Source of the DNA: Malacoraja senta
Taxonomy: Eukaryota
Reading direction: 5' to 3'
Length of the DNA: 64,000 nt
Assembly: GCA_038087875.1 (NCBI GenBank)
Contig: CM075997.1
Location: 7,628,001 to 7,692,000 of the forward strand
The position numbers and the translations under genes were made by a program. Positions 37,366 through 49,845 of this stretch are shown piece after piece (the first letter of the stretch is position 1; each line of letters starts with the position of its first letter). A model generated the notes under the pieces. That model worked only from the letters and a program-made list of their open reading frames with translations, made no database searches and was not told the origin of the DNA.

Positions 37366-40300
37366 TGGATAAGCAGTGACATTATCAGAATGGTCAGTGA
37401 TGGGTCTGGATAAACAGTGACATTATCAGTGTGGTCAGTGGATAAGCAGTGACAAGATCTCATTAAATCTAATTGTTATATTTTACATTTGATATGATGT
37501 AAAATAAAGAATCCCTTCTTTTTATTTCAAATGTTTGACTATAAAGGGTTAACTGATGTACAGTATCCAAAATTAATCTCATATGTAATGAGCACTAACT
37601 CCATCTAGCTGCTCTGTCCACCCTGGTAATACGACAGGTGAAGAGGCATTAATTTGATATTTTCATCTTAATTAACAATGGTTAAAAATACTAATTGCCT
37701 CTCTCCCGCATACAATTGAAAGAAAAACACATAATGCGGAAAATTAAAGTGCAGCTTCAGATCTGAGAAAGGGGGAGTTAAGTAACTGTGCCCTTTGTCC
37801 AGTGGGGAATATTAGTTCCCGCCGCTGAACACTAGCTGTGGCTCTGTTCAATCTATTTTGTTTATTTAGTCGTGAACAACTTCAGACTAGTCAACAGGTA
37901 GATGTGAATTCAAAGCCACGGACGAGACAGCAAGTTCGGTCTGAGTGTAAATGTCCAACTCATCCGCCTAGGCTGTCCACACAGCGGTACAAAGAAAGGT
38001 GTCACACATGCATACTTTATTTAAGTGCTTATTTATCAATTAATTCAAGAGAGCATATCTCCCATCATGCAGTGTAAACCTCGTACCGGTTGAAACTGAA
38101 ATAGGATGTTTAATCCTCAAATCTTAAATGACCCACAAGGGGAAATATATTTAAAACAACAGATGGAACTTTTTTTAAAGAATAATGACACCCCAGATAC
38201 TTCACCAGTTCGACTATGGGAATCATTCAAAGCAGTTATTAGAGGATCTATAATCTCATACCAAGCTATTTTAAATAAAAGGAATAAGAAAGAACAAAGG
38301 CAGTTAGAAGAACGAATCAGAGAATTGGAATTAGATAATGCTAAAGAGCCTACTATAGACAAACATAATAAAATAACAAGAATGAAATTTAAATTAAACA
38401 AAACAGGAACATTTTGAATCTGGGGATAAACCATACAAGCTTGTGGCTCGACAACTGAAAAAACGGGTAAAGGACCACACGATTTTAAAGATTAAATCAA
38501 ATAAAGGGGAATTGTTAACACTACCTAAGGATATTAATAAAAGATTCGCTCAATTTTATCAAAATGTATATACATCTAAAGCGGTAGCAGATAGTACTAA
38601 AGTTAGAGAGTTCCTGGATAATTGTAATCTCCCAAAACTCAATGTGAGTGAACAAGAGGAATTAGGTGCACAAATCTCAACTAAGGAAATAGAAGAAACA
38701 ATAAATACATTAAAGAATGGAAAAACTCCAGGACCAGATGGTTTTAGTAATGAATTTTATAAAAGATTTTACGAGATAATTACACCACGACTACATAAAA
38801 TGTATACATATGCTTTTAAAGAACATACACTTCCATAAACATTGGCGGAGTCAACGATTACACTAATACCTAAAAAAGGTAAAGATTAAGAAGATCCGGG
38901 TTCTTATAGAGCTATTGCGCTGTTAAATACAGATCAAAAAATATTAGCGAAAACATTAGCTAGAAGGCTAAGTAACTATGTCAGTAAATTAATAAATCCG
39001 GATCAAACAGGGTTTTTACCCAAGAGATATTCAAGCAACAACCTGAGACGTCTGTTTAATATAATGCACTCACATAAAACCGAAGAGCAAGACTTATCAA
39101 TTATTTCACTGGACGCAGAAAAAGCATTTGATCAAATGGAATGGGATTATATGGTTAAAGTATTGCAAAAATTTCAAGTGGGAGAGAATTTTATCGCTTG
39201 GGTAAAATTATTATATGATAGGCCTACGGCCAGAATATTAACTAATAATATTTTGTCCTCGAAATTTCAGTTATCAAGGGGAAATAGACAGGGGTGTTCA
39301 TTATCACCTCTGCTATTTGCTCTTGTAATAGAACCGTTAGCGGAAAGTATTAGGATACATCCGAATATTCATGGGTACAATACTAAATATTCAAATAATA
39401 AGATATCTTTATATGCAGATGATGTACTACTATATATTACAAAATCACAAACTAGTATACCAAATATATTAAATTTAATTGAGGAATTTGGATCCTTTTC
39501 AGGATATAGAATAAATTGGAATAAAAGTGAAATTATGACGATTAAACCTCAAGAATCGACACACCTGTTAAAATTCCCTTTTAAAATCGCTTCAGAAAAA
39601 TTTAAATATTTGGGAATTGAAATTACTAGAAAATATAAATCTCTATTTAATGCAAACTATATGCCCTTACTCAATAAACTAAACACACTGATTAAATTCT
39701 GGAAAACCCTCCCGATGTCTCTTATAGGCCGAATAAATGCTATAAAAATGATCTTTTTACCACAAATTTTATATCTATTCCAGTCAATACCGATATACTT
39801 ACCAACATTTCTTTTTTTAATTGGATGCTGATATTACACATTTTATATGGGACTATAAATCCCACAGAATCCAAAGAAAACATTTGTGGAAACCTAAGGA
39901 ATTTGGTGGATTATCACTCCCCAATTTTTTATATTATTATTGGGCCACAAATGTCAAATATATGATTCACCTGTTGGACAATTCGGCCCAGCAGGTGGAT
40001 TGGATAGTAATGGAGAGAGAGGACTGTTCCCCTTTTAACATAGGAGCGATCCTTCTCTCACCAATAAAAATAAAGAATACAATATATAGTAAAAATCCAA
40101 TTATTCATAGTACAATTAGAATTTGGAAACAAATAAAATTAACGTTAAAATTAAGAAATGTATCACTTCTTTCACCTATAATGAATAACCTCTCGTTTAA
40201 ACCCTCTATGATAGATAGAGCTTTTATAAATTGGGAAAGAATAGGAATTAAAACGTTTGGAGATATGTATGATAATGGAAGTTTTTTTTAACATTTCACC

Positions 40301-40692
40301 AATTACAACTTAAATACAACTTGAACAGTAATCAATATTTTAAATATTTTCAACTTCGTGACTATTTGAAAAAGTATACACGAGAATATCGAAATATGCC
40401 TCCTGACTTATTACATGGGATAATGAATATAAAAGCGGAATCAGCTAATTTATTATCATACCTATATAATTCCATTTTAAATATAGAAATTCCATCATCA
40501 GACGGGATCAGAAGAGAATGGGAACAGGAACTAGCTATAAAAATCTCGAAAGAGAGTTGGGATAAACATCCATTATATGTGCATAAATGTTCGATTAACG
40601 TAAGACATACTCTGATTCAATTTAAAATTTTACATAGATTATATTATTCAAAAGCTAAATTAAGTAAATTTTACCCAAATACCTCTGCTAAC

Positions 40693-40896
40693 TGTAAAGA
40701 TGCTATAACGAGGCATCGTTACTTTACTATCTTTATTCATACTGGAGCATTACATAGTGCACTAGCTGTACGTGGTCTGTCACAGGAACTAGAGAGCGAT
40801 CTGTGGGTGGGGTGGTTGTAGTTATACTTGTGATATGGGGAGTGGTTAGTAGGTATGAGGTCACTATGTTAAAGGCACATGCATATATCATCTACA
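40693..40896 (-). repeat. 3' LTR (204 bp)
   Basis: TGTAAAGATG...CATCTACA. Adjacent to the PPT AGGGGAAGGA (minus strand, 40897-40906). Confidence 0.97.
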
Positions 40897-40965
40897 TCCT
40901 TCCCCTTGGTAACGACAGGCAAATACAATAGTGACAGGGCGACCACGGCTCATGCGCTAGGACAG

Positions 40966-43503
40966 TTAAACAAAATCGCCATAGCGGACAGGCGGTTTGA
41001 CAAGACGTCCCGACCGGGTTCGCATCTCGCCATCCTCCCTTCCGGCAGGAAGAAGAGGCACCGATGGGGGCAGACGAACCTGAAAGGGGGAAACGGGAGG
41101 AGACGGAGGAGACCGCGGCACCAAAAGCGGAGGTGATGCGGGATCAGGAGCGGGCAGAGCGCGGGCAGGCGAGCGAGGACTAGCCGGAGTAGCGCGGGAC
41201 GGAAGGAGTTGAGGTGGTGTAGACCGTTGCATGTTAGGAAGGACGGGCAGAGCATCGCCCAGACGCGAAATCGGCAGTGGGGGAGCAAAGGGATCCGCGG
41301 CAGGAGGACGCGGCTCGTTGACGAGCCGAAGGCGCTGGCGGGACCGTCGGTAAATGGCTCCCGCATGGTCGACGAGATAAGACCTGGGCGACCCCGCAGA
41401 GCCGACGACGGTAGCGAGCTTGGAGTGACCGGAAGGGGTCTGCATACGGACAACTTGACCGGGGAAGAGGCGCGGCAGCGGGTGGCAGGACCTGTCATGG
41501 GAACGCTTTTGGACATCGTGCCTGAAGGCAATGCGTTTCTGAACCGCCGCAGGCGTGAGGACAGAGGGTATGAGGGAGCGCTGGGCCACAGGGAGCGGGA
41601 GTCTGGCAGCGCGAGACATGAGCCGTTGAGCAGGGGAACCCATGGCAGAGTCGCGGGAAATGTTGCGGAGGTTGAGGAGGGCCAGATAGAAATCGGAGTT
41701 AATGCCACGACATTGTTCCAGCAGGTTCTTCGCACTGCGGACGGCATGCTCGGTCAGACCGTTGCTTTGCGGGTACTCCGGGCTGCTGGTGAAATGGTGG
41801 AAGTTCCCCCTGGAAGCGAAAGCTTTAAACTCGGAGCTCGTAAACTGGCTGCCATTGTCCGACTGCAGGCTTGCCGGGGGGCCAAAAATGCCAAAATGTG
41901 GGCATAACCTGTCGATGATGGCCGAAGAGGTTAGGGAGTGCAGCCGGTCGACCACAAACCAGCTGGAGTAGGAGTCAACGAGAACCAGGAAGTGTTTGCC
42001 TCGCCACTCGAAAATGTCGATGGCAACCGCCATCCAGGGCAGTTCGGGCGCGGGCTGCTGCAGATGCGGCTGGCGCTGCTGGTGGGGGGCGAGACTGTTG
42101 TAGGTGGAACACGAGGAGACCATCTCCCGGATGTATTTGGCCATACCCGGCCAATAGAACTGGCTCCAGGCGAGAGACACGGTGGCTTCGGCCCCAGGAT
42201 GTCCGCGGTGAGCGACCTGAAAATAGTGGTCGTGCAGCGCAGCAGGCACGACCACCTTGTGACCCTTCACCACCACGCCGTCGTGTAGTACGAGCTCGTC
42301 ACGGACCAGGAAGTAGGGCACGGCGCCAGCCGGCAGCGCGGAACGACGGTCGGGCCAGCCCCGCTGGATGACGGCAGAAAGCTGTTGCAGGGCAGGGTCA
42401 TTGGTAGTGTGTTCAACCAGGGACTTCATCTGCTGTGAAGGGACAAAGTTCACTTGGAGCACCATTAGATCAGACATCTCATATGGGTGGCGAACGGTGG
42501 ACGTTAGCGGGGCGCGAGACAACGTGTCGGCCACGAACATGTCCTTGCCCTTACGATAAACCACATCGAACGTGAAGCGTTGGAGCTGCAGCATCATGCG
42601 CTGCAGGCGGGATGAGGCGACATGGATCGACTTGTTGAGAATGGTGACAAGCGGCTGGTGGTCAGTTTCAATGGTGAAAGTGTTGCCCAGGACGTAGTCT
42701 TTGAATTTGGAGCAGGCAAATACCACGGCCAGTAGCTCCTTCTCGATCTGCGCGTAGTGCTGTTCGGTGGTGGTCATGGTGCGGGATGCGAAGGAGACAG
42801 GCAGCTGTAGGCCGTCATGGACCTGGAGACAGGCGGCACCGAGTCCGAACTGAGAGGTGTCGCAGGTGAGGACAATGGGACGCTGCAGGTCAAAAAACGT
42901 GAGTGTGGGGGTGCTGATTAGCTTGGATTTAAGGATGTCGAATGCTTTCTGGTGGTGGGGGAACCAAGCCCAGGACGTGTCCTTTTTTATCAAATCCCTC
43001 AGGGGAGCGCTGAGCTCGCTGAGGTCGGGGATGAACTTCCCCAGGTAGTTTACCATGCCCAGGAAGCGTTGTAGGCCTGCCACATTAGTAGGAGAAGGCA
43101 TCCCGGAAATGGCAGCCGTTTTTTGCGGGTCCGGTTTCAGCCCCTCGGCGGTGAATACATGTCCAACATAGGTGACCTCCGGGACGCGAAATCGGCACTT
43201 CTTGGGGTTCAGTTTCAAGTTGATTTCCTGGGCCCGGTCCAGGACCTGGCGGAGGTTGACATCGTGTTCGGCAACGTCCTTACCGTAAACGAGGATGTCG
43301 TCAACGATGATGGCGCATGGTCGATCTGAAAACAGCTGCTCCATTGTCCGTTGGAATACCTTGCTGGCAGAGTTGATTCCGAATGGCATTCGGAGAAACC
43401 GAAATCTGCCGAAGGGGGTGGCGAAAGTTGTCAAGATGGACGACTGCTCGTCAAGTGGTATTTGCCAGAAGGAGCTTTTGGCATCGAGGACAGAATCTGT
43501 CAC
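40966..43503 (-). CDS. Gypsy pol, N-terminally truncated (RT, RNase H, integrase)
   Basis: 845-aa open frame: VLDAKSSFWQI, RMPFG, IIVDD, CDTS/EKELLA/TDH, HRGH..CSTY (last Cys lost), and D-D-E (AIDIF, SDNG, GLTEH). Confidence 0.93.
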   Translation of the reverse strand: MTDSVLDAKSSFWQIPLDEQSSILTTFATPFGRFRFLRMPFGINSASKVFQRTMEQLFSDRPCAIIVDDILVYGKDVAEHDVNLRQVLDRAQEINLKLNPKKCRFRVPEVTYVGHVFTAEGLKPDPQKTAAISGMPSPTNVAGLQRFLGMVNYLGKFIPDLSELSAPLRDLIKKDTSWAWFPHHQKAFDILKSKLISTPTLTFFDLQRPIVLTCDTSQFGLGAACLQVHDGLQLPVSFASRTMTTTEQHYAQIEKELLAVVFACSKFKDYVLGNTFTIETDHQPLVTILNKSIHVASSRLQRMMLQLQRFTFDVVYRKGKDMFVADTLSRAPLTSTVRHPYEMSDLMVLQVNFVPSQQMKSLVEHTTNDPALQQLSAVIQRGWPDRRSALPAGAVPYFLVRDELVLHDGVVVKGHKVVVPAALHDHYFQVAHRGHPGAEATVSLAWSQFYWPGMAKYIREMVSSCSTYNSLAPHQQRQPHLQQPAPELPWMAVAIDIFEWRGKHFLVLVDSYSSWFVVDRLHSLTSSAIIDRLCPHFGIFGPPASLQSDNGSQFTSSEFKAFASRGNFHHFTSSPEYPQSNGLTEHAVRSAKNLLEQCRGINSDFYLALLNLRNISRDSAMGSPAQRLMSRAARLPLPVAQRSLIPSVLTPAAVQKRIAFRHDVQKRSHDRSCHPLPRLFPGQVVRMQTPSGHSKLATVVGSAGSPRSYLVDHAGAIYRRSRQRLRLVNEPRPPAADPFAPPLPISRLGDALPVLPNMQRSTPPQLLPSRATPASPRSPARALPAPDPASPPLLVPRSPPSPPVSPFQVRLPPSVPLLPAGREDGEMRTRSGRLVKPPVRYGDFV

Positions 43504-43530
43504 AGGAACTAGTGAGCGATCTGTGGGTGG

Positions 43531-43564
43531 GGAGGCGTGGGTTCGAATCCCAATTCTGACACCA
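43531..43564 (-). promoter_or_regulatory. Primer-binding site complementary to tRNA-Leu 3' end, extended to 34 nt
   Basis: The plus strand GGAGGCGTGGGTTCGAATCCCAATTCTGACACCA matches the recalled 3' end of vertebrate tRNA-Leu(CAG/CAA), including the T-loop and CCA, with about one mismatch. Confidence 0.85.
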
Positions 43565-43768
43565 TGTAAAGATGCTATAACGAGGCATCGTTACTTTACT
43601 ATCTTTATTCATACTGGAGCGTTACATATTGCACTAGCTGTACGTGGTCTGTCACAGGAACTAGAGAGCGATCTGTGGGTGGGGAGGTTGTAGTTATACT
43701 TGTGATATGGGGAGTGGTTAGTAGGTATGAGGTCACTATGTTAAAGGCACATGCATATATCATCTACA
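43565..43768 (-). repeat. 5' LTR (204 bp)
   Basis: Copy of 40693-40896, immediately followed on the minus strand by the TGG of the PBS. Confidence 0.97.
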
Positions 43769-44630
43769 CTAACTGTGATAAATGCCTAGTCCAAGAATCA
43801 ACTATAGCACATTCTTTTTTTATTTGTATAAAATTCAAAGATGTTGGAATGATATTTTGGAAATTTTCACTAAATAATTTAAAATAAAACTGAAACCGAA
43901 TGCAAAACTAATTATTTTTGGAACAATAGAAGCAAGTTTGGAGCTGACTGCGTTTCAAAGGAGTGTCTTAGTTATGGCTTAATAACGGCAAAAAAACTAA
44001 TACTGAAATTTTGGAAAAATGCTCCTACGCCAACAATAAAAAATGTGGACTTCTAATATGTCGGAATTGTTACATCTAGAAGATATGAGATTCCTCCTAG
44101 CAGGTAAACAAGACCAATTCCAAAAGATTTGGTCTCCATATATCGACTTATTACAAACATAGGGTGCAACTAAATGATGATAATAAGTGTTTTAGGACTG
44201 GCGAGGGGTGAGTAAAGATAAAGAAGTAGGTACTTCCCTTTCAGATTGTCCTATTTTATTTTATTTTTTTATTTTTTTTATTTTCTTTCTTTAACTACTT
44301 CTTGTGGTTAGGGTTCACATGTGTGTTCCTGGACACTTTCTCACTCACTCACTGACTGTCTTTGCTAGCTCTTTCTATCCTTTTTTCTATTAAAGTTGAA
44401 AAACAGAAGTGGTACAAGAATTGTATATATTTACGTTATTGCAGATTACTGTAATGCAAAATACTTCTAATAAAAAAAAATTAAAAACAAAAAGAAAAAA
44501 AAGAAACTGAAATAAAACTCTTCAATGAGCAGGGACTGTTATTAAAAATGACCAATGTATATGACAGCCAATAATATTATGTTTACTGCTTAATCTGCAT
44601 CTTTGAGTAATGTGGACAGCTGTTGATGTA

Positions 44631-45400
44631 CAGTGCCCTCCATAATTGTATTGACCACATTGAAGACATTGTGTTATCCCAAGTATGTCTACATACAAGG
44701 AATTTCCCCTTGGTACTTTGCTCTGCACTAACAACACGATATACAGTAAACAATTAAAAAATAAAACATTATAATTAACACATGTGAAGAAGGAAATAAA
44801 ATACCAGAGCAAAAAGAGGCTACAAACTTTTGGCTGTTGAGTAGAGCCACTGTTTGTGGAATACAATTGTTTTAATGTCTGGCTGTAGCGGTTTTGACAG
44901 TTCGCAGTCACCTTCAGAGCGAAGTGATTCAAAGTATTGTGGCAGGGTGAGAGGGGTCAGAGATGATCTTACCCGCTCGCTTCCTGGCCCTTGCAGTGTA
45001 CAATGTTTGTGACAAAGTCCCATCATTTATATATTTGCTTCTGTACTCCACAATATGAGATTTGTAATTGAAAAAAATGACATGTGGTTAAAGTGCACAT
45101 TGTCAGATTTTATTAAAGTGTATTTTTATACATTTTGGTTTCACATTGTAGAAATTACAGCTGTGTTTATATTTAGTCCCCATTTCAGGGCACCATAATG
45201 TTTGGGACACATGGCTTCACAGGCGTTTGTAATTGCTCAGCTATAAAAATGCGTCCTTAATGCAGGGTTTAAGAGATTCTCAGCATCTAATCTTTCCTCC
45301 AATCTTTCCATCAACTTTGAACTGTTAATGCTATTTATCAACATGAGGACCACAGTTGTGCCAATGAAAGTTTAAAAAAAAACATGATGAGACTGAGAAA
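44631..45400 (+). mobile_element. Tc1/mariner left end (TIR + start of transposase), split by a LINE fragment
   Basis: TA|CAGTGCCCTCCATAAT at 44629-44646 resumes at 45002 (AATGTTTGTGACAAAG). Its inverted counterpart is at 50320-50431. ATGAGACTGAGAAA matches the transposase start at ~49270. Confidence 0.75.
44647..45001 (-). mobile_element. Rex1/Babar-type 3' fragment inserted in the Tc1 TIR
   Basis: The minus strand encodes ARKRAGKIISDPSHP. AAT is repeated at both junctions. Confidence 0.65.
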
Positions 45401-45449
45401 GCACTGGTTAGCTGCAAAAATAGGATGGCCGGCTAACAGTTTGCAAGTA

Positions 45450-46015
45450 GCGAGAGAGAGAGGGAGAGGGAGAGGGAGAGGGAGAGGGAGAGGGAGCGAG
45501 GGGTGGGGAGAGAGAGAGTGAGGTGGGGAGAGAGAGAGAGAGAGAGAGAGACAGAGGTGGGAAGAGTAATGGGAGAGAGGCGTGAGGAGAGAGATGGGAG
45601 AGAGAGGTGGGCAGAGAGATAGGAGAGAGAGTGAGAGGTGGAAAGGAAAGATGGTAAGAGTGAGAGGAGAGAGAGAGTGGGGAGAGAGTGACAGCGGAGA
45701 GAAAGTGGGGAGAAAAGAGAAGGGAGAGAGAGGGATGTGAGAGAAAGAGAGAGGGGAGAAAGAGAGTGAGGGCGAAGAGAGAGGGGAGAGATATTTAGGG
45801 AGAGAGTGAGAGGTGGAGGGAGAGAGATGGAGAGTGGGGAGAGAGAGAAGGTTTGAGAGAGGGGGAAGGAAGAGATAGGTAGAGACAGAGGGGGAAAGAG
45901 CGAAGGGGAGAGAGCGCGAGGGGCAAAGGACAGAGGGTGAGAGAGAGTGGGAGAGAGAGAGGGGACAGAGACAGGGGGGAGAGAGGGGGGAGAGAGAGAG
46001 GTGGGGAGAGAGAGT
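45450..46015. repeat. (GA)-rich low complexity
   Basis: Direct reading of the sequence. Confidence 0.9.
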
Positions 46016-46429
46016 GATAATACAGGCAATTTGGGTGCTTGACAAAATGGAGGATCTCTGCTTATGTAAAACCTGCTTGTCATATTTTGCAAACGCTGCA
46101 AAGACCAGGAGGATGATAGCTCCAGCGTGTCTTTAGCCTGGGAGCAGGTTGAATAAAGGTTGATGCCCAGAAAGCCTTTAATTGTTAATACAGTATGTGA
46201 GAGGTTTTGCAGAAGGAGCTGGGTCCCTGTTGCAAATGCATGCTTGAGATTGGTTGGGAAATGGTGGGTTAGAATAATGTTGCCGTGATGATGCATGGCC
46301 TTGGCGCCGTTCTTGTGATTGGTCAAGGAGAGGGGACTTACAAAAAACGGTTTACTTTACCTGCTAACATGTTTCTTAACTGAGTACAATTTATTTCCCA
46401 CTAAGTGCTTCTATGGAAACAATGGTGTG

Positions 46430-47050
46430 TGTCGAGTCAAGTCAACTTTCTTTGTCACACACACGCACACATACAAGATGTCGAGTGAAATGGAAGTGGC
46501 AATGCCCGCGGGATTGTGCAAAACAACAGAACAACACAACACAATAGAACCAGTATTTACATTTAAAAAGACAGTAATGTCTCTGACATCAGAGTTTACA
46601 ATCCTGATGGCCTGTGGGAAGAAACTCCATCTCATCCTCTGTATTTTCACTGCGTGACATTGGAGGCGCTTGCCTGACCGTAGCAGCTGGAACAGTCCGT
46701 TGCTGTGGTGGGAGACTCCTTCGTGATCTTGCTGGCTGTGGATCTGAATCTCCTGGTGTATAGGTCCTAGAGGGGGGGGGGGGGGGGCTGAGAGAGATGT
46801 TTTGTGCACTCCAGGTATTTAAAGCTGCTCACCCTATCCACAGTTGTCCCATTTATCCCCAGTGGCATGTACCTCCTTGCTTGTTGTGCCCACAATCAGC
46901 TCCTTAGTTTTAGTGACATTCAAGAGGAGGCTGTTGTTCTGACACCAGAGTGCCAGGTCAGCCACCCCGTCCAGGTAGGCCTTCTCATCGTAATCTGAGC
47001 TCAGGCCCACCACCACAGTGTCATCAGCAAACATGATGATTGACTTGGAC
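46430..47050 (-). mobile_element. Rex1/Babar-type LINE fragment, internally deleted
   Basis: FADDTVVVGL...LLLNVTKTKEL and LFQLLRSGKR...SFFPQAIR, with a (TTGAC) tail at ~46431-46446. Confidence 0.8.
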
Positions 47051-47129
47051 TGAAACTATGCCCACCATGCCCCCTTATCCAGAGTCCCCATGATGGTCAA
47101 CATCTACACTGGTGGTGGAGTTTCAGATC

Positions 47130-47837
<708 letters not shown>

Positions 47838-47838
<1 letters not shown>

Positions 47839-48318
47839 CCTGCACCGCCATTCAATATGATCATGGCTGATCATCCAACTCAGTATCCTGTACCTGCCAT
47901 CTCTCCATACCCCCTGATCCCTTTAGCCACAAGGGCCACATCTAACTTCCTCTTAAATATAGCCAATGAACTGGCCTCAACTACATTCTGTGGCAGAGAA
48001 TTCCAGAGATTCACCACTCTTCGTATAAAAAATGTTTTTCTCATTTCAGTCCTAAAAGAATTCCCCTTTATCCTTAAACTGTGACCACTTGTTCTGTACG
48101 TCCCCAACATCGGGAACAATCTTCCTGCATCTAGCCTGTCAAACCCCTTAAGAATTTTGTACGTTTCTATAAGCTCCACCCTCAATCTTCTGAATTCTAG
48201 CGAGTACAAGCCGAGTCTATCCGGTCTTTCTTCATAGGAAAGTCCTGACATCCCAGGAACCAGTCTGGTGAACCTTCTCTGTACTCCCTCTATGGCAAGA
48301 ATGTACTTCCTCAGATTA
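47838..48318 (-). mobile_element. CR1 3' fragment
   Basis: Close match to 1730-2210 (GVQRRFTRLVPGM...RVVNLWNSLP). Confidence 0.92.
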
Positions 48319-48584
48319 GCATTGGCTAACCCTGAGCAGAATCCGCACCCCCCACGCAAGAACAGCCCATCACCTGCGTAAGTGTGGGGGCTGTTCTTGC
48401 GTGGAGTGTTCAGCCCGGCTTGCTACTGCGGACATTCAGGCCACATCGTGAATAACTGCCCACTGAGGCTTTTCCCTGGGGGCATCAAAGCCCATCCACC
48501 CAGTAACTGATGCTGTCCTGGCCTGGATTTCTACCCCTGGTCTACAACTGTAGTCTGTGCACGACATACGCAAGAAGAAGATAT

Positions 48585-49810
48585 AGCATGAACCGCCGGC
48601 CAATTAGTTTTGAGGCACTTGTTTGAATTTGAGCAGATAGGATGTGTCTATATACTTCAGAATTAATTATGCTACTACCATCAACAGTTGTATCATCAAT
48701 GAAGATAAGTGAGCCAGTACCTTCAGCAGCCATACATACCCATAACACTCCCACCACCGTATTTCACAGATAAGGCGGTATGCTTTGACCCTTGGGCTGT
48801 TCCTTCTCTCCTCTATGCTTTGCTTTTGCCATCACTCTAATATGTTAATCTTCATCTCATCTGTCCACATGACCTTTTTCCAGAACTGTGGTTGCTCTCT
48901 TAAGTATATATTGGCAAACTGTAACCCGGCCATCTTATTTTTGCGTCTAACCAGAGGTTTGCATCTTGCAGTGTAGCCTCTGTATTTCTGTTCATGAAGA
49001 TTTCTGCGAACAGTGGTCATTGACAAATCCACACCTGACTCCTGAATAGTGTTTCTGATCTGTCTGACAGGTGTTTGGGGATTTGTCTTTATTGTAGAGA
49101 GAATTCTTCTGTCATCAGCTGTGGAGGTCTTCCTTGGACTGCCGGTCCCCATTGCGAATAGTAAGCTGTCCAGTGCTTTCTTTCTTCTTAATGATGTTCT
49201 AACAGTTGATTTTGGTAAACCTGAAATTTGGCTGATGTCTCGAACAGTTTTATTCCTGATTCTTTGTCTCATAATGGCTTCACATATAAAAGGCATGCTC
49301 ATTTGGGTTCAGATCGGGTGATTATCTTGGCAATTCAAGAATTTACCATTTTTTTGCTTCGAAAAGCTCCATTGTTTCTTCAGCAGTATATTGGGATCAT
49401 TGTCTTGCTGTAGAGCGAACCTACGGCCAATAATTTTGAGGCATTTGTTTGAACTTGAGCAGATGGTATGTTTCTATACATTTCAAAATTCATTATCTTA
49501 CTACCATCAGCAGTTGAATCATAAATGAAATAAGTGAGCCAGTACATTCAGCAGTCATATACTGCAGGCCCAGGCCCATAACATTCCAACCTGTTTCCTA
49601 TTTTTGTGGCAAACCAGTGGTTTACATCTTGCAGTGCAGCCTCTGTAATTCTGTTCATGAAGTCTTCTGCGGACAGTGGTCATTGACAAATCCATACTTT
49701 GGGGATTATGTTTGTTATAGTGATAATTCTTCTGTCATCAGCTGTGGATGTCTTCGTTGGCGATTAGAAAGCTTACAAGTGCTCTCTTCCTTCTTAATAA
49801 TGTTCTTATA
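48585..49810 (-). mobile_element. Tc1 transposase fragments, two tandem decayed copies
   Basis: 48832..49302 encodes an HTH (TVRDISQISGLPKSTV), GSPRKTS, ARCKP and VMWTDEMKIN. The region 48590-49200 is repeated in deleted form at ~49420-49810. Confidence 0.85.
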
Positions 49811-49845
49811 TTACTGTGTGTAAAAATAGCCTTTTATAAAATCTG

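Larger units (their letters stand above)
40693..43768 (-). mobile_element. Ty3/Gypsy LTR retrotransposon, gag/protease-less, recent insertion
   Basis: Two 204-bp TG...CA LTRs with 3 mismatches, TSD CTAAC (40688-40692, 43769-43773), PBS, PPT and an open RT-RH-IN frame. Confidence 0.97.
38095..44512 (+). mobile_element. L1/Tx1-type LINE, 5'-truncated ORF2 + 3'UTR + A-rich tail, interrupted by Gypsy
   Basis: Motifs LWESFKAVIRG, GKTPGPDGF, SLDAEKAFD, GNRQGCSLSPLLF, LYADD and FKILHRLY. The C-terminal CxxC (NCDKC) is split by the LTR insertion. AATAAA and an A-rich tail lie at ~44468-44512. Confidence 0.92.

Noticed and set aside
43531..43564. tRNA-Leu gene
   Set aside because: Only the 3' 34 nt are present, with encoded CCA abutting an LTR. 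It is a PBS or reverse-transcribed copy, not a gene.
40879..43693. Antisense and alternative-frame ORFs over the Gypsy pol
   Set aside because: These are expected in GC-rich coding DNA and carry no recognisable motifs.
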